From assembly GCF_009914755.1 (NCBI RefSeq), contig NC_060931.1: a DNA stretch of 64,000 bases. The stretch is one strand, 5' to 3'. Source of the DNA: the human T2T-CHM13v2.0 reference genome, Homo sapiens. This document shows positions 17,761 to 34,739 of this stretch, in pieces. Every line of letters starts with the position of its first letter. The stretch's first letter is position 1. Made by a program: the position numbers and the translations under genes. The notes under the pieces are model-generated. The model was given only the letters and a program-made list of their open reading frames with translations, did not search any database and was not told where the DNA came from.

Positions 17761-20700
17761 ATGTGGAACAAAAACTGTTAGCAAAACTCATCATTCAGTA
17801 GTCAGGGAGAACAGCAGAATTGCATTATGCAAGATTTTACAGCAGTGAACTAAGAATCAGCTATTTTGTGATTTAATTTACCAAATGTAAATAATACAGA
17901 CATAATCCAATTAGTTCTGTTCTTTTTACTCTCATGTACTTTTCTATCTTCTGATACCTTACTGCAACTCTGAATTATCTGTTGGCCTTTATATTTTTTT
18001 GCTCTGGCAGCCCCATTAAGTCCTATTATTCACTGAGTCAAAAATGTCATGCCAAGTCTTGGATGGGCCTATCCTAGGAACCTCTGGAGTCTCACTGTAG
18101 ACTCTTCCCAAAATATCAGGATCTAGCTCTACTAATCTAGCAATAATCAGCCCTCATATTTATATTTCTCCTTTATCTTATATTAATCTCATTTCATCCT
18201 CATAATACAAATAATTGGTCATGTTTCATTAATAACATTTTATAAGTGAAACACAGGCCAAGAAACCCAAAGAAGATTTACCTTTTATAAGTTCACCCCA
18301 TACAAAAACCTGAGGAATTCTATACTTTCTGATGTCCAGGCCTCATTTATTTCCTTTGAATACCATTTTCCAAAGTCACATCCTATTCTTGTGCTTCATC
18401 TGCCAGCACTTTGACTTTCCTTTTATTTCTGTCTCCCAAATGATCGCTTCCTGTTTGTGCGTGTGCTTCCACACTGCTGATCTGATCACCAGCTGAACAT
18501 TCCAACACAATAACTTTTCTCCCCCTTTCGACTTCATAATCCAAAGACTTTGACAAAGGAATATGTATTTTATGAGTTTCACCCCAGAGTCCATTCCTCT
18601 GCAAAAATCTAAATGTAACTTTTACCCATAACCTAGTTTTTGAAGGGCCTTTTTTCTGAACTCAGGCAATTATAACTGGATGACTCCCAGGCCAGTTCTC
18701 TGCATTTGTCTTCCTTTAGTTGCTTTCCTCTAAAACCAGGCAGGAAAATCAGAGTTTATGTAACTTTGTTAAACATGACTACTTCTACAAAAATATTAAT
18801 AAATGAGGGTGACACAAACTACTGGGGGGAAATGAGGTTCAAAATGGCCTATAGCTTTTTCTATACTCCTCAACATTCTCTCACATTGAGAGTTGGTTTT
18901 AGCTCTCAGCCTGAAAATTCCTCACTTTAACTGCCCTCACTCTGTTCCCCACTGCATAGTCTGTCCTTTGTGGCATTTGCCTCCTTTAATGTTAACAAAA
19001 AGTGGAAAATGATAAACGAGCAGGAGTGAACACAGAGTAGTTACTTTAACTGTGTCTTTATTCACAGGCGTTTAGCCCACAATCCCATAACTGTATTCAG
19101 AGGAAAGGGCTGAGCTCAAGAGGATACCCTTTCCCCACTCCCAGCACAAACATTCCTTTACCTTCAAAGTCTGAAAATAACTTGCCCTCCCCACTTTCCT
19201 CTTAAAAACAATGTCAGAGAAAAACAATGACCAATTCTGTAAATTAGCTCCACTGGTTAGACCAGATATCAAACAGATTCAACCCCTGGGAGGTCACTAG
19301 GCCTCTACTACTTCCAAGAACTTCTAACTCCCATTAGTTCCTCTTACTTGTCAGTCATCAGGAAGAACATAAATGGATCTGTGCATTAACATTTATAAAA
19401 ACATACAGCCAAAGGCAGGCTCAATAGCGTCCTCCTATATATTTTATTTATTCTCATTTTTCAGAAGGAAAATGTAAATTTCAGATCTCAACGGATGAGT
19501 CACATGCAATTTCTAAAGCCAATGCAGTAAGGACCTGTGATCAAGTGAACCCAGCCTTCCTGAACCTTCTGTCATCTCTCTGCCCCTCCTTTCAATCTTT
19601 GTTTTAGGTTGCAGACTCTTCTTTCTAGGTATACATGTGTAGGACATGTGTTCATCTAAAAGATTAGTCTAGTTGTAGAGACCAAAGGCATCACTTCTAT
19701 TGACCCTGACCTTCGCCTACTTCAAGCAGATTTTCATTACTAAGAATCGATGTTATCAGAAGCTTAAGACTTTTCAGTTTAGAAAAATATATTCTGCATA
19801 TTAGAAGTTGGGGGCTGGAGGATAAAGTTTATCTTGTCACAACTGTTCAATCTGAGATGTCCAAGAAGCAGCTTTCTGTGGAAACCTGGAATAATGGATT
19901 ATTCCCAGGTGATATGTAAAGTTGTAGAATATAGATTAAGCTCATTATACTAAAAAGCCCTAAAATTAAACACAGCTGTTTGTTGAGCTCTTGCCCTGAT
20001 TTCCCCAATTACAACATTGCTGTGTGTTCGCACACAAGCCTTTGATCCGATTCTCTTTCATTTCAGTCTGTCCTGGGACCTGTACTGTAGGAGAGAAAGA
20101 CGAAAATCCATAGATGATGGATGATGTGTAGAACACAGATACTCTGTAATTCAAGTCTCGGTAAAATTCAGAAGTTAGAGCAACATACACAAACAAGAGG
20201 GTCTGGCCTTTCTTCCCAGAGGGGCTATTGGCTAACCTATTTTTGCTACATTAATTAAAACGACCCATCGCCCTGATTCCTAACAATCTTCCTAAAAACA
20301 GTATCTATTCCATATATCCTCCCAACACAATCAAAGTAGGTCAGAAATGTTGCTTCCTTCCCCTCATTGATTTTCATTAAGAGGATGCACTTTCTGAACA
20401 CTAAATGGAAAGATAAACACCCAATACAAGAACCAATGACACCCCCTGTAAATTTTTGGCACACTGTCTCGTTCTTCTAAAAGCCAGATAAAAATCTCAT
20501 CTCCCATAGTTTATCCTTTTTGGCTGTAAAACAACAATGATTACAAGCTATAAAATACACCGCGGCAATACTTCAGCCAGGTGATAAAGCACCTCCCAAA
20601 AGAAGCATATTCACTGTCTTTTCTAATTTTCTCCATCATCAACCTGCATCTTCTCTACCAAGTACATACTCCTTTTTTTTCCCCCCCAAATTCAAATCCA

Positions 20701-20979
20701 CATTTTGTCAGAAGGATGCTAAGTGACACCATACATTGGCTTAGCAAACCCACAGGGCCTTAATCAGGAAGCTGAGGGCAGGGGAGTAGGACGAAGGCGT
20801 TTGCAGAGACAGGGGAGTGGAGACAGGGGGAGGAGGAGCGGGAAATCCTCTGGTGTCTGTGTCTGGCTCTCTGGAAAAGCTGTGATGAGATGGTTCTTCA
20901 AATCCCACTGGTGGGGCTTCCCCAGTCTCCTCCCCTTCCTGAAATCTTTCCCTCGACCCCAGGTCCTCAAACCTGGCTG

Positions 20980-21990
20980 TCCAAAAAGGACGCCGCAAAG
21001 TCCTGCAGAGCCCCCAAAAGACACAAGCGCGGACAGAAAAGCATCCCCCGAGAGACAGCGAAGCCACACACCCTCTCCGGGCCAGCTACCAGGGCGGGCA
21101 ACTTCACCCCTCGAAGCAAACGAAAGCCCCTGTTCTCCAAGCAAAGGAAAAGGGGATGGCAAACAGAAATAAACAGGAACCGCTCTCAGCCTTCATCTTC
21201 CGCGCCCTCCCCCAGCAAACTCCAGGTAGAGGACCAGGTGCTGCTCACCTCCTGGCAAGGAGGAAGCGGGCGGCTGGAGGAGGAGGGCAGGTCCCCAGCC
21301 CAGGCCGCCTGGCAGCCGGCGAGCGCCCAGCAGCAAATCCAGGCGGGGCTCCAGGGCGGCGAGCGCCCGCGGCGGGGAGCCTCCGCCGGCCGCCCCCAGC
21401 CCCTGCCCCGTACCGGCCCCCGGGCGCGGAACAGCATCTTCGTCCGGCCGCGGTCGGCGGGCCGGCGGCAAGGCAGCCTTCCCGGGGTGCGGCGGCAGCT
21501 CCGGCTCCCGGGCCGCGACTGCTGTGCGCTCGTCTCGCCGCTCCGTCACCCGCTGCCCGTCCGCCCGCTGACAGCTCTGCTGCGCTCGCGGCCCGGGCAG
21601 CCAGCGCCGATGCTCCCGTCACGCCGGAGGGAGGGACCGCGGGGCGCGGGCGCGGCGCGGGGGCGGGACGCGGGGCGGGGACGCTGGAGCTGGGGAGCAG
21701 GTGGCGCGGGCGGGGGCTGCGGCCCAGCCCGGCGGGTCCCCAGGGGCTGCGCGGCGCTCGCCTCGCGCTAGAGGGCGAGAGAGGCTGGGGACCCCGTGGA
21801 GTAGCCTGTCTCAGGTCCCCGTGGCCCACTGGGAGGGGCGCTCCCGGGATGAAGCCAGAGTAAATACAGGACATCAGGACATTGTTTTCTGGCGGTGGGT
21901 CTTTAAAAAGCTCGCCACTTTCCTCATTGCACACAAACACGCAGATGTGCCCTCGGAACATCCCTTGTAAGGATCCATGCTGGCTAGCGT
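20980..21990. promoter_or_regulatory. ELAPOR2: CpG island / TATA-less promoter and 5'UTR of ELAPOR2
   Basis: Very high GC and CpG density (core ~21170-21860). Sp1 GC boxes (GGGCGG) at ~21660, ~21673 and ~21708. CGTCAC half-CRE sites at 21544 and 21617. No upstream ATG on the minus strand between 21438 and ~21660. Confidence 0.9.
21249..21437 (-). CDS. ELAPOR2: ELAPOR2 (KIAA1324L/EIG121L) coding exon 1: 63 codons, signal peptide plus start of the ectodomain; phase-0 donor
   Basis: Translation MLFRARGPVRGRGWGRPAEAPRRGRSPPWSPAWICCWALAGCQAAWAGDLPSSSSRPLPPCQE matches the ELAPOR2 N-terminus as I remember it. ATG context is gaagATGc (A at -3). Canonical donor GAG|GTGAGC with GT at 21248-21247. Lies in a CpG island. 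Confidence 0.95.
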
Positions 21991-22059
21991 CAGATCGAAT
22001 TTCTAGTTAGGGTGTGCATGAAATGGCGGGGAAGAAAGAGGACTGAGGTGTAGACGTGG

Positions 22060-22200
22060 TGTGTGACTCAGTTTTCTCACCTATTTAATGAAAATAATAC
22101 CCACCACGTAGGATTATTATGAGGATTAAGTAAGTTGATGTACATAAAGCACTTGGAAGAGTGCCTGGCACACAGTAGGTGACATGTGTTGGTAGTAGTA
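22060..22200 (+). mobile_element. MIR
   Basis: ctcagttttctcacctat...aaagcacttggaagagtgcctggcacacagtagg. Confidence 0.75.
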
Positions 22201-22639
22201 GCCATAATTATTGCTGCTATTGGTGTTATTTTGTGGAGATGTGTAACATTGGGCATTAAGCCCTGTGTTTTCTGGAGGAAACAGTTTCTCCATCTGTGCG
22301 ATGATTGAGGTGCTCTTCGTTTTTTCTTTCATTCAAAAACATACTGAACTAGGTGATGGTGAACAAGATGGACATAAGGCCTTCCTCAGTGGCAAGGATC
22401 TCAAGATCCCTTCTTGATCTCAGATTCTGTAAATGGGTGAGTTATTGTGTTTTTCAAAAGAAGCATCCAAATTTCTGATTATTGAATATCTGGACAAATC
22501 CACGTGGCCCACTCATTATAAGTTGGCCTGTGGCACATTTGTTTGTGGCATTATCTCTAATATCCTTTTAACAAAATTTCCACATGAAAGTCTCTGTATA
22601 TGTGTGTTTGTGTGTATGTATACACATATAGATTTGTGT

Positions 22640-23680
22640 ATCACACCTATATTCTGATTATAACAATATATGTTATTTGTAAACATTTTGGAAAATATTG
22701 AAAAGTATCAGGAAGAATATAAAAATAACTAGAGATCCTACCACCCAGAGATAACATTGTTAATGGTATTAACATGTTGAGGAATTTCCTTGCTTTTTTT
22801 TTTTTAACTCTGTGTGTACTGCAAAACTGGAATAATAATTTGTAACCTGCTTTTATTTTTATTCTTAATAACATAAATATTTTCTCAAGTCATTAAAGTC
22901 TCCAACAACACAACTTTAATAATTGTAAAATATTTTCTACTCTTTAGATACATGTAATTTACTATTAGATATTAGGCATTGTTTAAGGATTCAGTGTTAT
23001 TAATAATTCTGGAAAGAATGCCCTTGGAACATAATCTGTGTGCATCTTTAAATATTTTATGATAACTTTCTAGAAGTGAAAACATTGGATCACATGATAT
23101 GTGTATTTTTAAAGTTTTTGACGAATAGTGTACAAATTCCTTCCAAAAAATTTGTAGCAATTGTTACCAGCAGTTTATGAGTATTTATTTCACATCACCC
23201 TAGATTATAATACTTCAGATATTTATCATTTTGGTAGAAGAGACAAAAGCTATTATTTTTAAAATGTATTTTTATCATTGGTGACATCGAGTGATTTTTT
23301 ATATATATCTACTAGCTATTTGCATTTTTCCTTCTCATGTCAGGGTGTGAGAATTTTTCACTGGCACACTTTAGCCATTTTATTGAAGTTCCATTTTTTA
23401 TTGATTCGTTAGCAATCTTCATAAGCTTTGTGTATGTTTATCATATATCTTACAAATACTTTTTTGTAGTCTTTTAAATTTACTTCTGATAGCTTTTCTG
23501 GCAGAAGCTTGTCATCTTTAGGTATTCAAATGTAGCAACATTTTCTTTTGTGATTTCTTCCTTTTTTATATCTAGAAGTACACGTATCTCTGCAAAATCA
23601 TACAGATGCCTATGTTTTCTTATTTTGTTATATTTTGTTATTATTTCCTTTTTATATGCTTTATTCTTTAATTCATGTGG
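22640..23680 (-). mobile_element. Ancient L1 (L1ME-type) 3' fragment
   Basis: T-rich degenerate L1 3' region. Confidence 0.55.
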
Positions 23681-23768
23681 AATTTTTAGGAGTCAAATTA
23701 TGTTATGATTTTTGTCATCTGAGAAAGAACTAACAACATGACTATTAAATTGAAAACAGCTTCTTTCC

Positions 23769-23975
23769 TTATAAAAATAAGAGTCGTCCAGTCAATGCAC
23801 TTGGATCAAATGACAATTGTAGATTTTCCAGAGTAGGACAACTTGCCACTTTCAATAAATACTTTTCTCATAGTTGTCCCATCCATAAAAAAGATCTTGA
23901 CCTTGGATAATTAAAATCAGCATAAAGGCTGACAGAGAAAGGAAATTTCAAGAAGACTCTAAGGTCCTCTTCTAC
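23769..23975 (-). pseudogene. Candidate distal exon
   Basis: aacag|VEEDLRVFLKFPFSVSLYADFNYPRSRSFLWMGQL*EKYLLKVASCPTLENLQLSFDPSALTGRLLFL*. Confidence 0.5.
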
Positions 23976-24314
23976 CTGTTATTTTAGGATGTAATAGCAA
24001 ATTATTCAAAGTTTGTGATTATCTGATCAATAAATTTACTCTTAAAGATAGTTTTATAAAAATATACTTTAATAGAAAATTCATAATGAAATTTTTGCAA
24101 GAATGGGTTGAAATAGCTTACAATCACTAGGTAATAATCATTTTTCCACTTTATTTGTGCAGTGTATACCTGAAAATTGAACTGAATTTTGTTAAAAAGT
24201 CAACAAAAGCCTTAGCTGTATCAACAAAAGCCATAGCCAAAATGATGCTATATAAATAGATTTATTTTCTTTTTTAACTTAAATCAGATTGTGGTATAAA
24301 TAACCCCAATTTTT

Positions 24315-28366
<4,052 letters not shown>

Positions 28367-28841
28367 TCAAGTAGCAAATTTTTAAATTAATTTTAAACCA
28401 TCAATGAAAACATCAATGTAACGTGTCTTCTGTATCAAATTAGCAAAGAGATAATAATTCTGGCAAATGTATGCTGTGGATTATACACTCAGGAGAACAT
28501 ATATTTCTGGAGGATAATTTGGCAATGTGTATTAACTGCCTTTAATATGTTTATGCCTTAACCCAGTAATTTTTCCATCCAGGACTCTAAGGAACTGGTA
28601 GGTAAGGAGCACAAAGTTTCTGTACAAGAATACTCACTATCCTTTAATATGATTAAAAATGAAGTAACCTAAGTGCCCCAAAGTAGAGGAATGGTTAAAT
28701 AAATTGTACTGCTTCATGTGGTAGGATTATGTATGTATTAAAAGTTACATTTACTAGAGAATGGTAAATGAATTGAGGAAATATGATGATATAATGTTAA
28801 TGGAAAAAGCTGGAAACAAATCCTAATAAACATATATCCTC

Positions 28842-29050
28842 CACAAAGGCATAAGAGTGATGTAATGGACTTTGGAGACTCAAGGGGAAAGGTTGGTAAG
28901 GTGAGGGATAAAAGACTATATATATTGGGTACAATATACACAGCACAGGTGACAGGTGCATTGAAATTTCAGGTATCACCACTAAAAAACTTATCCATGT
29001 AATAAAAAACCACTTGTACCCCCAAAACCATTGAAATTAAAAAGTAAAAT
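28842..29050 (+). mobile_element. L1PB-type 3' end within older L1ME remnants
   Basis: atggactttggagactcaaggggaaag...cccccaaaaccattgaaattaaaaa; degenerate TSD aataaaca(ta/gtg)tatcctc. Confidence 0.7.
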
Positions 29051-29799
29051 AATAAACAGTGTATCCTCAAGTATGATGTGCAGGGGGTTGGGGAAGAGTT
29101 TAAGTGTGCTTTATGGAAGGAATATCACTAGAAGGAAATAAGCCAAACTGTTGGCAGTAATTATCTTCTAATACTAGCATAACAGATATTTTTCCTTTCA
29201 TTTTTACAGACTCTGTGTTTTTGATTTTTCCATAATTACATATTATTTTTATAATCATTACAAATTACTAAAAATGTTTGTATTCTTTGATGCCAATCAA
29301 TTCTACCTGAAGAAATCATCAAAGATTTATACAAATATGTAAGAACAATATGCAAGGACAAAATATTCACCCATGTTTTTTGTAAAAGAAAATGAATGAA
29401 ACCTAAATATTTAATACTAGGGAAAGTAAATAATGTATATTATCCTGACCAAAGAATTATTTTATGAAAGGTGTCTGACAGGGAAATGCTTATGAAAATG
29501 CTTTCAGTTAAATGGGGGAAATCATGATACAAAATTTATACACAATTGATACATCCAATGTAGTAAAATTATAAAAACATGGACAGCAGGATACAAACCA
29601 ATTTCAGAATACTGATTGCTTCAAGGAGAAGAAAGGAGAATAATATTGGGAAGGAATGTAAAAGGGGCTTCACCAGCATCATTAATACTTTATTTCCAAA
29701 AGGAAAAAGGATGAAAGGGATGGAGAAAAGAAGAAAGAAATATCTGAAGCAAATTTGAATGCTGTATCATTGTTTTGTTGTGAGTGTTGAATGGCAGTT

Positions 29800-30000
29800 A
29801 CAATAGCTAACATTTATTGAGCACTTAATATATGCCATTGCTGTTCTAAGATGTTTACAAGTTCTACTTCATTTAACCCTCAAAAACAACCCTATGTGAT
29901 AGGTACTCTTATCTCCATTTTACAGATGAGCAAATAAAGGCACAAGTTTCTCAGAAAAGATAGTGTTGGGTTTCAAACACAGGCAGTCATATTCTAGGGC
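29800..30000 (-). mobile_element. MIR
   Basis: tagctaacatttattgagcactt...ccattttacagatgag. Confidence 0.75.
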
Positions 30001-30611
30001 TCACCCCCTTAGGGAGTTTTATTACCCTCTTCTATTTTTTTTAAATATCATTTAAATTATTAAATAGAATATAGTCTTAACTAGGTTTTAAAAATCATAT
30101 TTGAAAAACTGAGGATAGGCCAGATGACTAGCAAAGATGGTGTTTTCTGGACAAAATGTATGGATTAGTTTTTTTCTATTATACTTTTCCATACTTCCGA
30201 ATTTTTTTAGAAAATATATATTAGTTCAATTTTTAAAACAAGAAAGATGGGACATATCAAAAAGAAGTATGATACTTCTACCTTTTGTACATCCATTTGG
30301 TCACCATATTTTAAATAACTGTAGGGAAAGAAGAATGGAGAATTGAGGAGGATAAATAGGATTCTAAAGAAAACAAAAGAATGATTTCAACAAATGGAAA
30401 ATGGGTCACATGAGGAAAGGCTAAATTCAGGTGTTTTGAGTTGCTTTCTCTGAGTCCATGAAAGCCTCTCACCAGAGGGATTTATCTGCCTTGCTCTCCA
30501 TTTTCCTCAAGGATCAAAACAAAACTATTTATAGTTAAAGGAGAAAAAATTTCACTTGGATATAGAGTTTAACCTACTGTGAGAGGTTGTGGAAATATTC
30601 AAGAAGAATGT

Positions 30612-31108
30612 TGTATTAGTCAGGTTTCTTCAGAGGGACAGGACAAATAAGATATGTGTGTGTGAGAGAGTGAGAGAGAGAATTGGCTCACTCTATTATG
30701 GAGGCTGAGAAGTCCCATAATCTTCCTTCTGCAAACTAGAGACCCAGGAAAGCCAGTAGTGTGATTCAGTCCAAGGCCAAAAGCCCTGAGAACCAGGGAG
30801 TTAGTGGTGTAACTCTCAGTCCAAGACTGAAGGCCTGAGAGCCAAGAGCTCTGAGGGCAGGAGAAGACGGATAGCCCAACTCAAAAAGAGAGACAGCTGG
30901 TTCTTCCTCCACCTTTTTGTTCTATTCAGGCCCTCAATGAATTGGAGCATGCCCACTCATTTTGGTGAGGGCAGGTCTTGACTTAGCCTACTGACTGAAA
31001 TGCTAATCTTTTCCAGAAACACCCTCAAAGACACACCCAGAAATGTTTTGCCAGCTATCTGGGCATCCCTTAGCCCAGTTAAGTTGATGCATAAAATTAA
31101 CCATCACA
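30612..31108 (-). mobile_element. MLT2 (ERVL) solo LTR
   Basis: tgtattagtcagg...aaaattaaccatcaca; TSD aatgt/aacgt. Confidence 0.85.
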
Positions 31109-31488
31109 AACGTGATGTCAGACAAACCTGCATTTTAAATTGAAACTCCACTTACTTACTGTCTGCGTGATCTTGGGAACATAATCACCCTTGACTTAAG
31201 TTTCTTCACCTGTAATTTAGAGCTAAAAATACTTGTCACTATAGGGTAAGTGTACAATGAGTTAATGTGTTAATACATAATGAGTTAATGTACCTAAAGC
31301 ATCTGGCAAGTTTATTGGTATATTTCTATATATGTTCCCTTCCTAAATTATTTAAGCCAGTATATCCCCAGTAGAGTCCGAAACCGCCAAGGAGAGGATG
31401 CACCTCCAGCATCTTCCTAGATCAGGAGTTTTCTCTGAGAACTTTTACTAAAAGTGGGATGGAATGAGTATAAAAGAAACAAACTGCA

Positions 31489-31825
<337 letters not shown>

Positions 31826-31994
31826 CTACTCAATATACATAAACATTCTTATTCCTGCATTCAAATTTCCATATCTGCATGATGTTCATTTCTCTTCTAG
31901 TTCAGTGACAATCCATCTGGATATTCTGAAATCTATTGGGTAAATTATGAAGTTCACTATCACCAATCCATCCTATATTAAAAACTAGAGATTT

Positions 31995-32350
31995 GCAATA
32001 CTATTCAGCAATAAAAAGGAATGAACTATTGACACACATTATAACTTAGATGCATCTCAAAGGCATTATGCTAAAGGACAGAAGCCAATCTCAAACTGTT
32101 ACCTACTGTATGGTTCCATTTATATGGCATTCTCAAAAAGACAAAACAGTGCTTCAAATCAATGGTTGTCAGGGGTTGGGGTGACAGTGGAAAGATGTAA
32201 CTACAGAGAGATAAAGGAAATTTTTAGAGGTGATAAAACTGTTTTATATCTGAATCGTGATAGTAGTTACCACGTATGTTAAAATTCATAGAATTGTATA
32301 CCAAAAAGTTAATTTTACTTTATATTTATTTAAAAATTAAACATTTAGAA
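31995..32350 (+). mobile_element. L1MC/MD-type 3' end
   Basis: atactattcagcaataaaaaggaatgaacta... is a typical old-L1 3' end. Confidence 0.65.
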
Positions 32351-32529
32351 AAGAAATGAAACCTAATGAATACTAAAGTTGACAATATGTTAGGTTTTGT
32401 AGGCATTAGGAAAAAGTAGGAAAACAAGGGAGGAAAATCACTAATATAATTATATGCATAGAAGAACCAGGAAGAAAATTTGAGCAGCTACAAACATTTT
32501 CATTTGTGCGATTGCTTTTGAGATCATCT

Positions 32530-34210
32530 TTGGTATGATAACTTTCTTCCCTCATGGTCCCTTTGTGTTCAGCTAGCATCTCACTTGGTCATGGTTCTTT
32601 ATCTGGTGGGATTAATTGCTGAGTGGTCTGAGTCTTGGTGGACCTAACTAAAGGGGTTGCTGTAGTCTTCCCTTAACTTTTTTTTATTTTTTGAGACAGG
32701 ATCTCCCTCTGTCACTCAGGTTGGAGTGAAGTGGCACGATCACAGCTCACTGCAGCTTTGACCTCCCAGACTCAAGTGATCCTCCCACCTTACCCTCCTG
32801 AGTAGCTGGGACTACAGGCATGCACCACCATGTCCAGCTAATGTTTTTAATTTTTTTATAGAGGCATGGTTTCACTGTGTTGCCCAGTCTGGTCTTAAAC
32901 TCCTAGGCTCATGTGATCCTTCTGCCTCAGCCTCCCAAAGTGCCATTAACTTTTATCACTGTTTGTTACAATACTAGGTGGTGCTCCAGAGGAATCCCTG
33001 AGCTCCATCATAGAAAATCATAGTAAATCATCACTGGAAACTGTTTTTTTCCTTCCTGGCCCATTGGCAAGAGAAACCCCAAAAGGCCAATTAGCTCACT
33101 CAACCTCCAGTTCAACTGTGTCCCCTGATGAAGCGTTTCTCCACTGAATACTATGACCTCCAAACTAGCAGAGTACAAAGAAATAGATTTGGAAAGCAAA
33201 AATGTTATGCATTGGTCAGTCAGTGTTAAAATGAGAAATACCACCCCACTTCACTCCTCAGTTTCTGGCTTTGGGAGAAAGAGCATCATATATTAGTCAT
33301 TAGTTCAGATAATGTACTTTATTCTAAAGGACAACTCCCTCCCACCTCCCGAAGTCAAAAGGTGTTGTTTCCCAGCCGGCACAATAAGTAAGTCTTCCTT
33401 AGATCATTCTGCTATGCCATAAGCCAGCTGTTTTTGAGTGAAGGTTTTCTGGAAATACAAGGGAAACCCAAGAGCATTGGTCTTAATTATTTTGCTGTAA
33501 AATGAGTCTCTTGATTGATTAAAAGAAAATAGTGTGAAAATGCATACTGTAAATAAGATATCCATTAAGTCAACAGAAGCAGCATGGTAGCCCAAAAAGA
33601 ATGCCCTGCCATAACTAGTTTGATTGTGACCCATACAAACCATATGCAGATTAAGTGTTTATTTCAGTGAGTACAAAATACTGTTCACTCCATAATGGAG
33701 GGGACCCAATATAATCAACCAGAAGGCAGGCTGGTCCCCTCATTATATCATACACTATTGAGCATTCACTATTAGTCTCTATTGCTGGCAGATCGAGCAT
33801 TCAGCCATGGTAGCAGCCAGGTTGAAGAGAGGCAAGTAATTTGTTACTGAGGCATGCACAGTCTTCATTGCTGCTATGATGGAACATCGTTTATGAGCTC
33901 ATTGACACAGTGAGGTGAAGGAAGAAGTTGACTGACATCAACCACATGGGTCATCTGGTTGACCTGATAGTTGAACACTTGGTGAAAATTCACATGGGAC
34001 ACTAATATTCTCACACTGGGCCCATTTCAAGAGGTTCAGTCACATAATTTTTTTTCCAATCTTTCTTATCAGCAAGCTGACAAGCCTATTCCTTCAAAGT
34101 CCTTTGCTATATGGAGAGACATTTAATTTCTACCCAGGAATTGGTATAGATTTGACCTTCTTCCAGGCAAAGTACACCTGGTTGTACCCATTAGAGGACT
34201 TCCCTTCTCC
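32530..34210 (-). mobile_element. ERVL internal (integrase) remnant, with an AluJ fragment inserted at 32678-32944
   Basis: Minus strand encodes ECSICQQ (integrase zinc-finger CxxC, ~33783-33803) and VDYIGSPP (ERVL VDYIGPLP-like, ~33697-33720). Confidence 0.75.
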
Positions 34211-34342
34211 ATTTTCCTTCAGTGCCACTCATGATTTATTCATTTATATATATAAAAACAGGGAAAAATTAAACTACTTGGAAGCAGAATGCTATACTGA
34301 ATGCAATAGTAAATATCAATACAATTTTTTCCTATGACATAC

Positions 34343-34576
34343 ATTGTTCAAAGAATGCCCTGCAATGACTAGTTTGTGACCTATGCACCCAATATTTGCA
34401 TGTCTATTAATTAATATTGACAGTCGGGATAGGAACATTATGGGATATTAAAGCTGAGCCATCAGAAATCCTGTAACCTGACAATTCTTTAAGCATCTTA
34501 TCACCTTCCCAATTTGTAAAGGAAATGCAAGCATGATTGGCATGCAGAGATTCTGCAAATCCATTTACCCGGATAT
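34343..34576 (-). pseudogene. Candidate exon (234 nt, phase 1 to 1)
   Basis: Pyrimidine tract plus gag|, donor |gtatgt. Frame IRVNGFAESLHANHACISFTNWEGDKMLKELSGYRISDGSALISHNVPIPTVNIN**TCKYWVHRSQTSHCRAFFEQ. Confidence 0.55.
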
Positions 34577-34739
34577 CTCAGATAAGAGCAATGAAGGAAA
34601 TAAATATTAGCCCTTAAAGGTCAGGGATATTCAATTCTTACTTAGTGTGGAATATTTCAAATAATCTGAAAGAAAAGGGTAGGTGACTGGACACAAGTTT
34701 TGCAAAAGGTTTTAAATGTTAAGCATTGTGAGGAAGTCA

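Noticed and set aside
21186-21248. ORF-track extension VSSTWSSTW... after CQE
   Set aside because: Read-through into the intron past a canonical donor.
20723-21970. Long overlapping ORFs (293, 238, 235 aa and others) across the CpG island
   Set aside because: Expected from stop-codon scarcity in GC-rich DNA, with low-complexity A/G/R/P translations. Only the 63-codon ELAPOR2 exon has a recognisable product and a donor.
22395-22430. Hairpin-like gatctcaagatcccttcttgatctc
   Set aside because: Short and imperfect; resembles an old SINE/LINE terminus rather than an RNA gene.
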